DNA of 64,000 nt from an uncultured Pseudomonadales bacterium (GTDB lineage Bacteria > Patescibacteriota > Microgenomatia > UBA1400 > UBA12028): the NCBI GenBank assembly GCA_964635905.1, contig CAZWPK010000002.1:77621-141620 (forward strand), in the 5' to 3' direction. The notes below the pieces were generated by a model that did not search any database, was not told the origin of the DNA, and saw only the letters and a list, made by a program, of their open reading frames with translations. Of this stretch, positions 19,986 through 32,321 are shown one piece after another. A program made the translations under genes and the position numbers. Position 1 is the first letter of the stretch. The number at the start of each line of letters is the position of its first letter.

Positions 19986-21644
19986 ATGTTGTTGCTATTG
20001 ATACTATCAGTTCTCTTAGCCTCGTCCGCACTCCAGTTAGGCACATGGGTAGATTCTACACTACCAAAAGCTGAGCGTTTACTAATTGGTATTGGCCTGA
20101 TTTTTTCTTTACTTCTCATTATCAACATCCTCTTCCCAATCACTTGGGGACTAAGTCTAGGCATCTTTTTCATTCCATCAATGTACCTTGTTACGCGCCA
20201 TCATCGATGGTCTCTGTTTCAACAATTCGTAGCAGTTGTTAGACAAAACCTTTTCCAGCTGCTTGTGGGGTTGTCGATTGCACTAGGGATTTCTTATGCT
20301 GGAAGTTTCCCAACTACGTGGTATGACTCATTGCTGTATCACATCCCAACTGTCATCAATCTGATACAGTCACCTGTCGTCTCCGGGATTGCATTAATTC
20401 ACATTCGATTAGCCTCTGTCAGTCTCCCATTTGTATTTTCATCGCTACAAGCTTCGCTGCCAAACCTTGGAAGTTATAATTTCCCTTCAGTGTTTTTCTT
20501 CGTCATCTTGGGTCTACTCTATTTTTTTGAAAAACGATCACTCCACCTAAAGAATTTGAAGGCATCGACAAGTTTGTGGTTTTTTTTCATAAACATCGCC
20601 GTATTCTTTGTCGTGCACGGATTAAGTTTATTCTCAACGTTAGCTCCGGAACTCGTGTTATTTGTTTGCAGTATCTTGCTTGTCTATGGTTATCTACAAA
20701 GACGGCTGACACTGGTAGTTGCAGCATTCATTCTCGGATTTGTCACAAAAATATCGATGCTTCTTTTTTTGCCATTTGTGATCATGATGATCGGAGAAAA
20801 GCTGTATTCTCATAGATCTTTGGGAACCCTCATGCAGTTGATAGCCGATAATAAGCGACGATTGATAGCCCTACTCCTTCCCGTTATCATCGGAAGTCTT
20901 TATTCATTCATTGTATCGGGTTGCTTCGTATTTCCGATTAAACAAACCTGTTTACCATTAAAAAATGCTCTTACAGAATTGCAAGTTACTGACTATACCA
21001 AAATTGTCCATACTTGGGCTCGTTTTAATCCTTATCAGTCGATTATGAAGTCGGAAGTCGAATGGTTTAGTAGCTATTTTATTCAAACGATTCCTCCCAT
21101 CCTCAAGATTGTTTTCGCACTTACAACTCTGTTGATGGTTGTGACGGTGGTTGTAGGTGCATCCAAACAAAAGTCTTTCATAAACTATCGAGAAGTTTTC
21201 GCAATAGTCTTTCTCTTTTTTACTATGATCACTGCTTACAAAACGGCTCCCGATTTTCGGCTACTCTGGCCGATGGTGCTTTCGTTTGTGGCGCTTTTTA
21301 CTGCAACGGTTCTTACGCGCTTTCAACGTGTATTTCAATTACAACTAAATGTACTAGTAATCGGTACGTTTCTATTTGTGCTCATTTCCTTGTCAACAAT
21401 CACAGCCACGCTTGAAAAGCCGTTGCGCGAGAGTCAGCTTCTCTACCCCATTGAAACAATTTATAATCAATCAGCCCAAAGGCAAACGAGTTCATTTTCA
21501 TCATTTACTTTCACTGCACCTGTATCGGGGGATGATCGATGTGGAGTAGCATCCTTTCCGTGTATTCTCGATCCATCCGTTCTCTCCTCGTATACCTACT
21601 CCGTTGATTCGTTAGGAAGGCTAACAGGCGTCTATCATCGATAA
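19986..21644 (+). CDS. Multi-TM GT-C-like membrane protein (LIC_10190-like)
   Basis: YDSLLYHIP, GIALIHIRL, SGCFVFP, APDFR, C-terminal P..GDDRC....PC. Start moved to ATG 19986 after TATACT. Confidence 0.65.
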   Translation: MLLLLILSVLLASSALQLGTWVDSTLPKAERLLIGIGLIFSLLLIINILFPITWGLSLGIFFIPSMYLVTRHHRWSLFQQFVAVVRQNLFQLLVGLSIALGISYAGSFPTTWYDSLLYHIPTVINLIQSPVVSGIALIHIRLASVSLPFVFSSLQASLPNLGSYNFPSVFFFVILGLLYFFEKRSLHLKNLKASTSLWFFFINIAVFFVVHGLSLFSTLAPELVLFVCSILLVYGYLQRRLTLVVAAFILGFVTKISMLLFLPFVIMMIGEKLYSHRSLGTLMQLIADNKRRLIALLLPVIIGSLYSFIVSGCFVFPIKQTCLPLKNALTELQVTDYTKIVHTWARFNPYQSIMKSEVEWFSSYFIQTIPPILKIVFALTTLLMVVTVVVGASKQKSFINYREVFAIVFLFFTMITAYKTAPDFRLLWPMVLSFVALFTATVLTRFQRVFQLQLNVLVIGTFLFVLISLSTITATLEKPLRESQLLYPIETIYNQSAQRQTSSFSSFTFTAPVSGDDRCGVASFPCILDPSVLSSYTYSVDSLGRLTGVYHR

Positions 21645-21648
21645 CACT

Positions 21649-23828
<2,180 letters not shown>

Positions 23829-24605
23829 TTATTTGAGGATAGAGTACGCAGCAAGAATACAACGGTTATGAAGGGCATGCAAGCGAAGCAACACACCGGA
23901 AGAGGTGAATCTAGACGCAACTATCTGTTCCTCTTTGAATTGCTTTGCGTAGCTGCTTCCCCCTTTTGAATTTTGATGAATTCTAAATGCAGATAAGGCT
24001 TGATTAAGAAAGAAGGGTGATCCAAATTTATTTTGCAGTCTCCACCAGTATTCATAGTCCATTGTATAGGACAGTGCTTCATTAAATTCCCCGATTTCTT
24101 CATAGGCACTAGCTCTAAAAAAGACCGAGGGCTGTGGAATCGGATTGAGGATGCTCAGGAGGCTTTTAGAATAGATCCGCCGCAACAATGATTTATACAG
24201 CCGGACGTATGACTGGATTTGAGTTCCATTGGCATCAACGATTAGAGCATCACCTACTACCCACTGAACGGTGGGGTTTTCATCAAATACTTTTGCTACC
24301 GCAGAAAATGCACCTGGCAAATAATAGTCATCGGAATTCAGATAGGCCAGAATCTCTCCGCTGGCACGTTGTAGACCTTTATTAATGGCGTGGGCTTGAC
24401 CGTTGTCGGGTTTGCTTTCAACAACAATTCTCTTCCCGAACTTTTTTAACGCAGTAAGTGTGTTGTCTGTCGATCCACCATCCATGACAATGTGTTCGAC
24501 ATCTAATATATCTTGATTTTGGACACTCTCAATAGTTTTGGAAATGAAAATGCCTTGATTGTAGCTTGGAGTAATAATGCTAAAGTGCGGCTTTTTTGGT
24601 GTCAT
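23829..24605 (-). CDS. GT2 glycosyltransferase (WfgS/WcaE-like)
   Basis: SIITPSYNQ, DGGSTD, GQAHAINKG, YLNSDD, MDYEYW. Confidence 0.9.
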   Translation of the reverse strand: MTPKKPHFSIITPSYNQGIFISKTIESVQNQDILDVEHIVMDGGSTDNTLTALKKFGKRIVVESKPDNGQAHAINKGLQRASGEILAYLNSDDYYLPGAFSAVAKVFDENPTVQWVVGDALIVDANGTQIQSYVRLYKSLLRRIYSKSLLSILNPIPQPSVFFRASAYEEIGEFNEALSYTMDYEYWWRLQNKFGSPFFLNQALSAFRIHQNSKGGSSYAKQFKEEQIVASRFTSSGVLLRLHALHNRCILAAYSILK

Positions 24606-24918
24606 CGATAGCTTTCTTTCGAACCAGCTGCTCTAGCTTCTTATCCATTCGCTTTTGCTCAATTCGATTTAGAAAAGTGAGAAATACTACGATCATTAAG
24701 GCAATAATCACAAGTAAATCAAAAACTCTGGCAATATTTAATGTTTGGACCACTCCATTAACAGTTTGAGGAAAAATCGCCAAGAAAATAAAGACTCCCC
24801 ACAAACCCATCCAGATTCCGTATTCCATGCTATCGATATGTTGTTTTCGATGATGGATACGAACCGTATACATCATGAAGAGTCCAAACAGTACGGAAAT
24901 AATCTGTAGTAATCTCAT
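24580..24918 (-). CDS. DUF2304 small membrane protein (GacJ/Rv3632-like)
   Basis: 3 TM, W...W...AIFP, LNIARVFD, charged C-terminus KLEQLVRKKAI. ATGA overlap with the upstream GT2. Confidence 0.8.
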   Translation of the reverse strand: MRLLQIISVLFGLFMMYTVRIHHRKQHIDSMEYGIWMGLWGVFIFLAIFPQTVNGVVQTLNIARVFDLLVIIALMIVVFLTFLNRIEQKRMDKKLEQLVRKKAIDDTKKAAL

Positions 24919-25571
24919 AAACCTACTTTCCATTCTAGCAAACACCGGCAAATATGTATTCCGTCGATGAGCGTCATTCCTTTATCGGTATCATGATAAA
25001 TAGCTTCAATTTCAATAACTGCATACTGAACGTGCTCTTTGGTTACTCGCATTGCTATCTCAGTCTCCACTTCATATCCCGACGATTTCCATTTCACTTT
25101 ACCATAACCTTTACGAGTAAGAGCTTTGTACCCGGAGGGAATATCAGGAATATAACCGCCGTAGAGCATGTTGAGCAAAACAGATGCGAATTTGTTACCT
25201 AAGAATCGCGATAATGGCATATTAGCGCCCATTTTGCGCACGCCAAATACAACATCAAACTCTCGTAGTGTAGCGATGAATTTAGGAATTTCTTTGGGAT
25301 CATGTTGATCATCAGCATCCATAAAGATGACTGCATCTGCATTGAGAGTCGAGAATGCATATTCGCATCCAGTTTTTAATGCTGCCCCTTTACCTAGATT
25401 TGTCTCATGAACCAGCACGTGTTTTGTATGATTGCCTGCCAAAGAGGCAGTATTATCAGTCGAGCCATCGTCGACAAAGATTACCTGAGGATGAATTGCT
25501 TTCACCTTTGAGAGTACGGTGGAGACATACTGTTGTTCATTATGGCCGGGGATGATGATAAAGACATTCAT
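24915..25571 (-). CDS. Polyprenol-phosphate glycosyltransferase (DPM1-like GT2; GacI/PpgS-like)
   Basis: VDDGSTD, NLGKGAALKTG, MDADDQHDP, VFGVR, RFLGN, DIPSGYK, YEVETE. Start 25571 by ATGA overlap. Confidence 0.85.
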   Translation of the reverse strand: MNVFIIIPGHNEQQYVSTVLSKVKAIHPQVIFVDDGSTDNTASLAGNHTKHVLVHETNLGKGAALKTGCEYAFSTLNADAVIFMDADDQHDPKEIPKFIATLREFDVVFGVRKMGANMPLSRFLGNKFASVLLNMLYGGYIPDIPSGYKALTRKGYGKVKWKSSGYEVETEIAMRVTKEHVQYAVIEIEAIYHDTDKGMTLIDGIHICRCLLEWKVGL

Positions 25572-27259
25572 AGAACGCCAGATTTGCTGAATCTTGTTAT
25601 ACCCTGCATTCCCAGTGCACACAAGAGCAAGCCAAAGGTAAAGACAGAAAGCAATACGGATAGACGCTCTATCCTACTCATCGAAATCCTCCAAGTAAGC
25701 ACATTCTCCCCCTCTCGAATCATTGCCTTCGCTACGACGACCCTCCCGTTACCTTCTGTGTAGGAAACTGGAACTCCATTGAGTTGGAAAGTATAGATCT
25801 CGGGGAAATAGGACAGGGCTACTTCAAAGTCCGTGCTGACTGTTTGCGGAGACGAAAATGTGATCGTTCCCGTTCGCTCTGTTGTTTCTCTTTGTATGTT
25901 ACTTACGATTGGTAAACTGATAATTTTCTCATCGGAGACACAGGCATGACGGTCATTTCTACTCAAAATTTCATCAGAAACCCCTGTAGAAGTTAATCGC
26001 AGTGGATGCGTTTCTAATGCCGAAAAGATTGATAGATCTTGAACTGGATTCGGACGCATGTAGTTACGAATCGAATACCAGGAAAGCACGGCTAAAAACA
26101 TTGCCAGAAGAAACTGACCACGATGATTTTTAAGACCTGAAATACCAATGGCCGCTAGCACTGCGGCTAGAAATACCAACGGACCAAGTAATCGAAAGGG
26201 AAATTGGATCACATGAAGGATAGGCACAATAGTCCACACTGGCATTGAATACTGTGTTGCCAAATATAAATAACCCAAAAAGACTAGTAAAATCGAAATC
26301 AGTCGTAGACCTTTCTGTTGATGTTTTTGTATTGTTAGGAATGCTGTAACGGCGAATAATCCTACTCCAATCAGCTGGGCGGCACCGATAGAAAAAGAAA
26401 TGCCCGATGGAAAGCTGCCGTCGGTCACACCCGCTTGATAGGTATACCCCCAAGGGGAATAAATGAGCTGCTGGATAGTCAACAGGTTTCCTTCGATATC
26501 TACCTTTTGATCGACTAATCTGGTTTGCGATTGATCCAATAGTGCCGGAAACCAGAAAAAGCCAGACAATAAGAGTGCGCAGAGACCAAGTTTAGCTGTC
26601 GATATCCAGTTTTTAGATCGCACCGATTGGACAATACAGTACGCTGCGATCAATGGTAGAGCAAGAAACACCACAACATTGTGAGACAGCGAGAATGCCG
26701 TAAACATCAAACTTGCAATGAGTAGTCGGAAATGGGACTGGTGGTTTTTGTAGTACAACGAAAATGTCCATAACACGACAGGCAGAAGTGCATATCCAAA
26801 TGACTCTACACTGCCTCGAACATATACATTTAACATCCGATATGGGGCCAGGAGATACAGCACTGCACCTGCAAAACTAGCCCAAACAGTTAATCGCTCC
26901 GATCGAAGCCACCCATACATTCCTAGTGAGGAAACAAAGAAAGTTAACGCATACATCGTGGTGACAACAGAAACTAGCGGAACATTTAGAAGTACTGATC
27001 CACTGGCCGCAAGCCAGTGCCAAAGAGGATAGAAAAATTTGAATACCGGAACTCCACAATAATGATTCAGGCTTTGTGACCAATGGATTGGGAATTCACG
27101 AAATGACAGTGCTTTTGCCGCTACCAAGGAGCGCATCAGCATATATTCACCGTCATGGGAGGCGAAAAAGAGGACTGTTTTCGTATTGTAGGAGCAAATA
27201 GCTGATAAAAGTCCAAGAACTGCGATGGGTAGTAGGGAATAAATCCGTCTAAACGTCAT
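25568..27259 (-). CDS. GT-C-like membrane protein (6-pyruvoyl-tetrahydropterin synthase-related membrane family)
   Basis: SHDG, FPIHWSQSLN..G.P.F.FFYP, APYRMLNVYVRG..E, LSHN, IQFPFRLL. Confidence 0.75.
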   Translation of the reverse strand: MTFRRIYSLLPIAVLGLLSAICSYNTKTVLFFASHDGEYMLMRSLVAAKALSFREFPIHWSQSLNHYCGVPVFKFFYPLWHWLAASGSVLLNVPLVSVVTTMYALTFFVSSLGMYGWLRSERLTVWASFAGAVLYLLAPYRMLNVYVRGSVESFGYALLPVVLWTFSLYYKNHQSHFRLLIASLMFTAFSLSHNVVVFLALPLIAAYCIVQSVRSKNWISTAKLGLCALLLSGFFWFPALLDQSQTRLVDQKVDIEGNLLTIQQLIYSPWGYTYQAGVTDGSFPSGISFSIGAAQLIGVGLFAVTAFLTIQKHQQKGLRLISILLVFLGYLYLATQYSMPVWTIVPILHVIQFPFRLLGPLVFLAAVLAAIGISGLKNHRGQFLLAMFLAVLSWYSIRNYMRPNPVQDLSIFSALETHPLRLTSTGVSDEILSRNDRHACVSDEKIISLPIVSNIQRETTERTGTITFSSPQTVSTDFEVALSYFPEIYTFQLNGVPVSYTEGNGRVVVAKAMIREGENVLTWRISMSRIERLSVLLSVFTFGLLLCALGMQGITRFSKSGVL

Positions 27260-27260
27260 G

Positions 27261-29048
27261 TTAGGGAAAGAGCTTTATCAGAAACATTTCATTCGTAATA
27301 CTTGTCTCACTGGTTAATGGTTGAAGTAAAAAGGTAGTTTTTTTCTTCGCCTGAAGATAGACAATCCCACCTTTATACGTAACGGGCTGCCAATCACTTA
27401 CCGTCCTGCCCCACTTCTCTTCAAATTGTTTTAGGAAATCTTTTCTACGGATGTTATCAATGTCGTCTACCAATAAGAACAGGCGCCCGATCTTCTTGTC
27501 GTCTTTGAAAAGGACGTACTGCGATGAAGCCATATCAAATTCTTTGGAAGGATACTCATCTTTGTACAACTCAATCGTTGCAGGAGTTCCAATCACAACA
27601 TCATCTACTAAGATGTATCTATCTTCGGAGCTTTTTCTTGGATCTTCCCAATAAACTAAGTTCCCAAAACGTTTGGTCGTTGGAGTCTTATCATTCGCCG
27701 GATAAATCAAATGGACAACGTTTAGTGTTTCATCCTGAGTTTTTACCTCAGGGACACCCTTTAACAAATAATTCAATCCAGCTCTATTTAAAGTTTGAAT
27801 ATCAATGGCCACATGAATCTCTGGATTTTCTCTGTATCTCTCTCGTACTAATTTTGCAGCTTCTGCTTGGCTACCAATCATGAGTTCTTTTTGAGAATTC
27901 AATAGAGTCACAAGACCAACGAAATGAAGCGTACTAAACGCAATGACTATTCCGAAAAGCAGTTTAGACACAGGAATTCTGATATGTGAAAGCATGGTAG
28001 CAATCATCCACAAAATGGCTGGAAACTGTATCAAAAAATAATATTCTGGCTTCGGTCCCTGGTATGGGAAGAAAAGCAGATTGATGCTAAAAAACCACAA
28101 AAGTGGAAACCAAGCGGTTTCAGGATTTTTATGTTTTCGTGCATAGACAACCGTCCACAAAACAACAATGCTGCCCGCTGCGATCGCTAGATACTGTTCT
28201 GTCTGCGGAATCAAGAATTTTCCAATGTTTTCCAAACTCACAAAGATATCTCGAATGAATGGGATCATAAAAAACTCTTTATTGGGAACAGCACCCGTAT
28301 TATTCTTAAGGACATCAATCACTCCACGACCGTTAAGCCAGTCATGTTTCAAATCAAAGATGAACGTTGGAAACAATGTGGCTAAACTCCCCAGTATCCC
28401 GGCAGCAACCGCATACTTTTTATTTCGTACCGGGAGACACCCGATAATCAATACAAATAGAATTAAAAATAGCCCTGAAAAATGCGCTTGATATCCCATG
28501 AATACACCTAAGACTAGAAGTAGTGCGTCTGCAATTCGTACGATTTTGTGCGAGATGATTTGACGCATGGGTAAAAAGACGAGGATTGAGGCAAGCATCA
28601 TTAAATTTGGATTCCAAGGAATTCTGTCCAATGTCACTTGGTAGAGAGACACGGCGTAGAACAAGAGAAAGAAAAATGAGATTCTTTTATCAGTCCGATA
28701 GAAAATAAAGAGAGAGCGAATGATCCAAAATGTGATAACGTACAAAACGATCGCCATCCCAACCACCGTCCATGGACTCTTGATGAAAAATGACAAGAAT
28801 GCGGTTAAATAATAGACAAATGGGCCAGTAAACATCTCTACTGGCCCTGTTCGTGGACCAACAAAATTCAAGTCTCCAAGTCGGATTTGAGCAGCATGGG
28901 TAAGAATTTGGATTTGGTCAAACTGTAAAGGATACAGATCATACCGATAGAGACGAAAGAAGAGACCACAAATAAACGCAATAAACGTCAAAACACCCGA
29001 TGATCGAACGAGTTGTCGTCCTAACGCTAATAAATGAACTTTATGCAT
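27261..29048 (-). CDS. GT-C glycosyltransferase (PMT_2/ArnT-like) with extended C-terminal domain
   Basis: QFDQ, FVGPRTG, TGPFVYYL, PWNPN, QAHFS. Confidence 0.75.
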   Translation of the reverse strand: MHKVHLLALGRQLVRSSGVLTFIAFICGLFFRLYRYDLYPLQFDQIQILTHAAQIRLGDLNFVGPRTGPVEMFTGPFVYYLTAFLSFFIKSPWTVVGMAIVLYVITFWIIRSLFIFYRTDKRISFFFLLFYAVSLYQVTLDRIPWNPNLMMLASILVFLPMRQIISHKIVRIADALLLVLGVFMGYQAHFSGLFLILFVLIIGCLPVRNKKYAVAAGILGSLATLFPTFIFDLKHDWLNGRGVIDVLKNNTGAVPNKEFFMIPFIRDIFVSLENIGKFLIPQTEQYLAIAAGSIVVLWTVVYARKHKNPETAWFPLLWFFSINLLFFPYQGPKPEYYFLIQFPAILWMIATMLSHIRIPVSKLLFGIVIAFSTLHFVGLVTLLNSQKELMIGSQAEAAKLVRERYRENPEIHVAIDIQTLNRAGLNYLLKGVPEVKTQDETLNVVHLIYPANDKTPTTKRFGNLVYWEDPRKSSEDRYILVDDVVIGTPATIELYKDEYPSKEFDMASSQYVLFKDDKKIGRLFLLVDDIDNIRRKDFLKQFEEKWGRTVSDWQPVTYKGGIVYLQAKKKTTFLLQPLTSETSITNEMFLIKLFP

Positions 29049-29132
29049 GAAAAGGTATGATACGTTATCTATGTAAGAGACACTACCGTAGGATCGCGTG
29101 AGATGAGGGTAAAGCCAACAAGTAGAGCATTC

Positions 29133-29288
29133 TTAACGCTCAACAGCAGCGTAAGTTCGATTGTCTAGGCTCCTTGGTGTAAAGGCAGCCTGAATTAAGA
29201 GAGCACACAAGCCAACCACAACAAAAAGAGATAACGCCACAATACCGACGATAAAGGGACGTTGAGAGGTGTTTTTTGCAGAATTCAT
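29133..29288 (-). CDS. Small single-TM protein (51 aa), below the ORF-track cutoff
   Basis: MNSAKNTSQRPFIVGIVALSLFVVVGLCALLIQAAFTPRSLDNRTYAAVER*. Occupies the only ~300 bp gap and is preceded by a promoter. Confidence 0.65.
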   Translation of the reverse strand: MNSAKNTSQRPFIVGIVALSLFVVVGLCALLIQAAFTPRSLDNRTYAAVER

Positions 29289-29294
29289 TATTTC

Positions 29295-29323
29295 ATTGAA
29301 TCTGTCCACACAATCACTGTCAA
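29295..29323 (-). promoter_or_regulatory. Sigma70-type promoter TTGACA-17nt-TTCAAT
   Basis: Perfect -35 (29318-29323), 17 nt spacer, -10-like TTCAAT (29295-29300), 6 nt before ATG 29288. Confidence 0.6.
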
Positions 29324-29346
29324 GTAGTTATTCTGGTTTGACTGTC

Positions 29347-30246
29347 CTACTCTTGTTTCAAAAACCACTCCACCGTGGTTTTAATACCCTCTTCCAGTGA
29401 AACATGAGATTCCCAGTGCAGAATCTCTTTAGCTTTAGAACTGTCGGCAAATAGGAGTAAGGGATCACCAGGTCGAGGTGGGAAATTTTTAATGTTAGCC
29501 TCAATTCCTAGGTTCTTCTCAAGCAATTTAATGACATCGCTGACTTTGGTAGCATTCTTACCTGATAAGTTAAAGTAATGATATTTACCTGGCTCCAGCG
29601 TCAACGCTTGTAGATGTGCCGCAACGATATCACTAATGTAGACAAAATCGCGTTGATGTTCTCCAGTTCCCCAAACAGTGACTTCTTCCCCTTTTCGTAT
29701 CTGAGAGATAAATCTTGGGATCGCATGCGTTTCCGGATCGTGGTTTTCTCCAGGTCCATAGAGATTAAAGTATCGTAACGCTACACAAGTAAAGCCATGG
29801 GTATACGAATACGAGGATGCTAGAGCTTCCATCGCAAGTTTAGTCATTCCATAAGGATTGATAGGCATCGTTCGATCGTCTTCCAAAATTGGAACACGAA
29901 TCGGTTCTCCATACACAGCCGCGCTTGAGGAAAAGATAAATTGCTTGATACCAAGCTTTCGCATCTCTTCTAACAAAACAACCGTTCCAAGTACATTATT
30001 TTGCGTGTATTCATAGGGTTTTAAAACTGACTCCCCTGCTTCAATAGAGGATGCTAAGTGAAATACTGCTTCGATTCTGTCCAACGCCTGTACAACTGTT
30101 TTTTGATCACCGACATCCCCCTGAATAGTTTCAAATTCAGGATTAAAATGACGATCTAAAACTCTGACTTCATGACCTTGTTCCTGAAGAGAGCGACACA
30201 AATGAGAGCCTAAAAAGCCACTACCTCCAGTGACAAGTACGCGCAT
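29347..30246 (-). CDS. galE: NAD-dependent epimerase (UDP-glucose 4-epimerase-like)
   Basis: GGSGFLG, AGESV, FSSSAAVYGEP, PINPYGMTK, LRYFNLYG, RDFVYISD, RPGDP. Confidence 0.75.
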   Translation of the reverse strand: MRVLVTGGSGFLGSHLCRSLQEQGHEVRVLDRHFNPEFETIQGDVGDQKTVVQALDRIEAVFHLASSIEAGESVLKPYEYTQNNVLGTVVLLEEMRKLGIKQFIFSSSAAVYGEPIRVPILEDDRTMPINPYGMTKLAMEALASSYSYTHGFTCVALRYFNLYGPGENHDPETHAIPRFISQIRKGEEVTVWGTGEHQRDFVYISDIVAAHLQALTLEPGKYHYFNLSGKNATKVSDVIKLLEKNLGIEANIKNFPPRPGDPLLLFADSSKAKEILHWESHVSLEEGIKTTVEWFLKQE

Positions 30247-30261
30247 ACGTATCCTTTCTAC

Positions 30262-32295
30262 CTAGTTCTTAAATTGATAAACTTTCGCTTCCGTATTTTG
30301 ATATACGAGGCGAAGGTTAGCAAGTAACGGATCAAATGGAAGAGCATCCTGAGTTCGTAAATATAGATATGAAATATTCCATCGAGTAAATGCCTCACGA
30401 TAATCTGCGGGATTATGTGATCCGAACAGTCGTTGAACTTCCAAATATCGCGATTTGGTTTCTTGTGCATGGGTGTCCAACACCTTTTGACCTGCAATAT
30501 AGTTGAATCGATTTGCAAAATAGGATGTGTATGGGGTGTTCATATCCAAAGTATTTGCAAAATGAGACTGAATGATTGCATCACTTTTTGCATTCCGATT
30601 AATGTAGGACAACGCCGCAATTTCTTCACTGGAAATGAGCGTCACATCAATTCGTTCCTGATAAGAAGACAGAATTTTGTAGGTTTCATAGACAATGCGA
30701 GGCATAGTTGCCAGGATGATAATGAGTGTCATTCCTTTCAGGAAATATGATTTTGCAGTCCACCAATTTGTCAGGACAATAGCTGCAGTTATTGATAATA
30801 GAGTCAAACTTGAAGCAAAGAAATTAAATACATTAAACGATCCACTTTTTTGCAGTGTGTATAAACCTAAAAATGTAAAAATCACGCTGGGAAGCCAAAT
30901 AAAACCATACAGAATTTTACCTCCCAAAAGATTTCGAATTTTTTTACCCCCATTAAAACCCAGTAATCGAGTGCCATGGATACAGAGAAGCGTCACCACA
31001 ATTGCTATTCCGTCATACACGATAATTTTCGGGGTATTTTTATAGTATTCAACGATTGCTCGTTTATAGCGCCATTCTCTCCAATCAAGATTTTCCTCCG
31101 CCATAAATAATTTTGGCCATTCTAATGGGTAAAATCCTAATCCTCCGGATCCTCGATTTGGCGGTAAATACACACTCAACGCAACAAAAAGCATTACACA
31201 ACCGATGAGAAAAGACTGAAAAACAAAAGTTTTATTAAACTGTCCTATTGAGTGCTTGTGCTCACGCAATAGAGTCCTAGCATAGGTAATCGCATCGAGC
31301 ACCCAAACAAATAAGAATCCTGTCGCAAACAATAAACCAAAATAAACTTTAATTCCAAATAGCACTCCCCCAAGGATTCCTATAAGGATTCCAAGTTTCC
31401 ATCCTTTTGATCGACGCCAAAGTAGGAGTAACAAAAAAAGCACCAAGAAAACTAATTTCGCCATCGCATGCGGCATGTTTAAAAATTGAGTTGCTCCATT
31501 GTCGATTGCAGACGTATAAAAACCCCAGGAATGATGCAACCATTGCATAAAGACATACGCGATGTCTGCGCCAAAATAAAGAAAAAACAAGCTAAAGTGC
31601 ATCAGAAGCCGTCTATAGGTGTTCGACTGTCGGCTTGCCAATGTCGACACTAGCACCAGTAAAGTGATTCCCGTTAAGACAGAAATCAAAACCGGGGTAA
31701 ACTGAAAAAACAAGTGATGGATGGGGAAATTAAAAATTCTTGCCTGTTCAGCCAAGATCAGATCTGACCAATAATGATAGTTCACTACCGCGGTATGGTC
31801 GGAACCGGGTTCCATCGGTGGAAACTGTCGGACAATACTTGAAATAAGTCCAAGATGAAAGATCCCATCCTGACCATGAACGCGATAGAAGTACATTCCC
31901 TTGGTATCCGTCAGTCCACTGCCAATCATCTGCAAGACTTGAACCAGACTTCCGATCAAGAGCATCATCGCTAAGGAGAAATTGCTGGGCTTACACGCTT
32001 TAACCAGAAAGGATACTCCCCGTAAAATCTCGGATCGACGCAATAACAAGGCGACAAGTAAGACCCCAACATATCCATACGTTAAAAAGCGGAGCTGTAA
32101 GTATCCTACAATGTAACCTTGAATTCCCCAAAGAATCATTCCTGTAACTGGAATAACAACCAATTTTTGCCAAGCGGAAAGCTGAAGTTTAAATCTGTTG
32201 ACTATTAACCATCCAGGGACCACAAAGACGATCAGCACAGAGATCAGATACCCAATCCCCAGGAACCATAGCCTGGGATCAAAAAGTCCAAACAT
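30262..32295 (-). CDS. Large multi-TM GT-C-like membrane protein
   Basis: QDGIFHLGLI, FPP.EP, NYHYWSDL, GIKVY, C-terminal EEIAALSYI domain. Start moved to ATG 32295 after TACAAT. Confidence 0.68.
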   Translation of the reverse strand: MFGLFDPRLWFLGIGYLISVLIVFVVPGWLIVNRFKLQLSAWQKLVVIPVTGMILWGIQGYIVGYLQLRFLTYGYVGVLLVALLLRRSEILRGVSFLVKACKPSNFSLAMMLLIGSLVQVLQMIGSGLTDTKGMYFYRVHGQDGIFHLGLISSIVRQFPPMEPGSDHTAVVNYHYWSDLILAEQARIFNFPIHHLFFQFTPVLISVLTGITLLVLVSTLASRQSNTYRRLLMHFSLFFLYFGADIAYVFMQWLHHSWGFYTSAIDNGATQFLNMPHAMAKLVFLVLFLLLLLWRRSKGWKLGILIGILGGVLFGIKVYFGLLFATGFLFVWVLDAITYARTLLREHKHSIGQFNKTFVFQSFLIGCVMLFVALSVYLPPNRGSGGLGFYPLEWPKLFMAEENLDWREWRYKRAIVEYYKNTPKIIVYDGIAIVVTLLCIHGTRLLGFNGGKKIRNLLGGKILYGFIWLPSVIFTFLGLYTLQKSGSFNVFNFFASSLTLLSITAAIVLTNWWTAKSYFLKGMTLIIILATMPRIVYETYKILSSYQERIDVTLISSEEIAALSYINRNAKSDAIIQSHFANTLDMNTPYTSYFANRFNYIAGQKVLDTHAQETKSRYLEVQRLFGSHNPADYREAFTRWNISYLYLRTQDALPFDPLLANLRLVYQNTEAKVYQFKN

Positions 32296-32321
32296 AGCAT
32301 CATTGTACAACCATTCCAACC

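Noticed and set aside
29302-29310. DnaA-box-like CTGTCCACA
   Set aside because: Two mismatches to TTATCCACA, single copy in this gap, inside a promoter spacer; not an origin.
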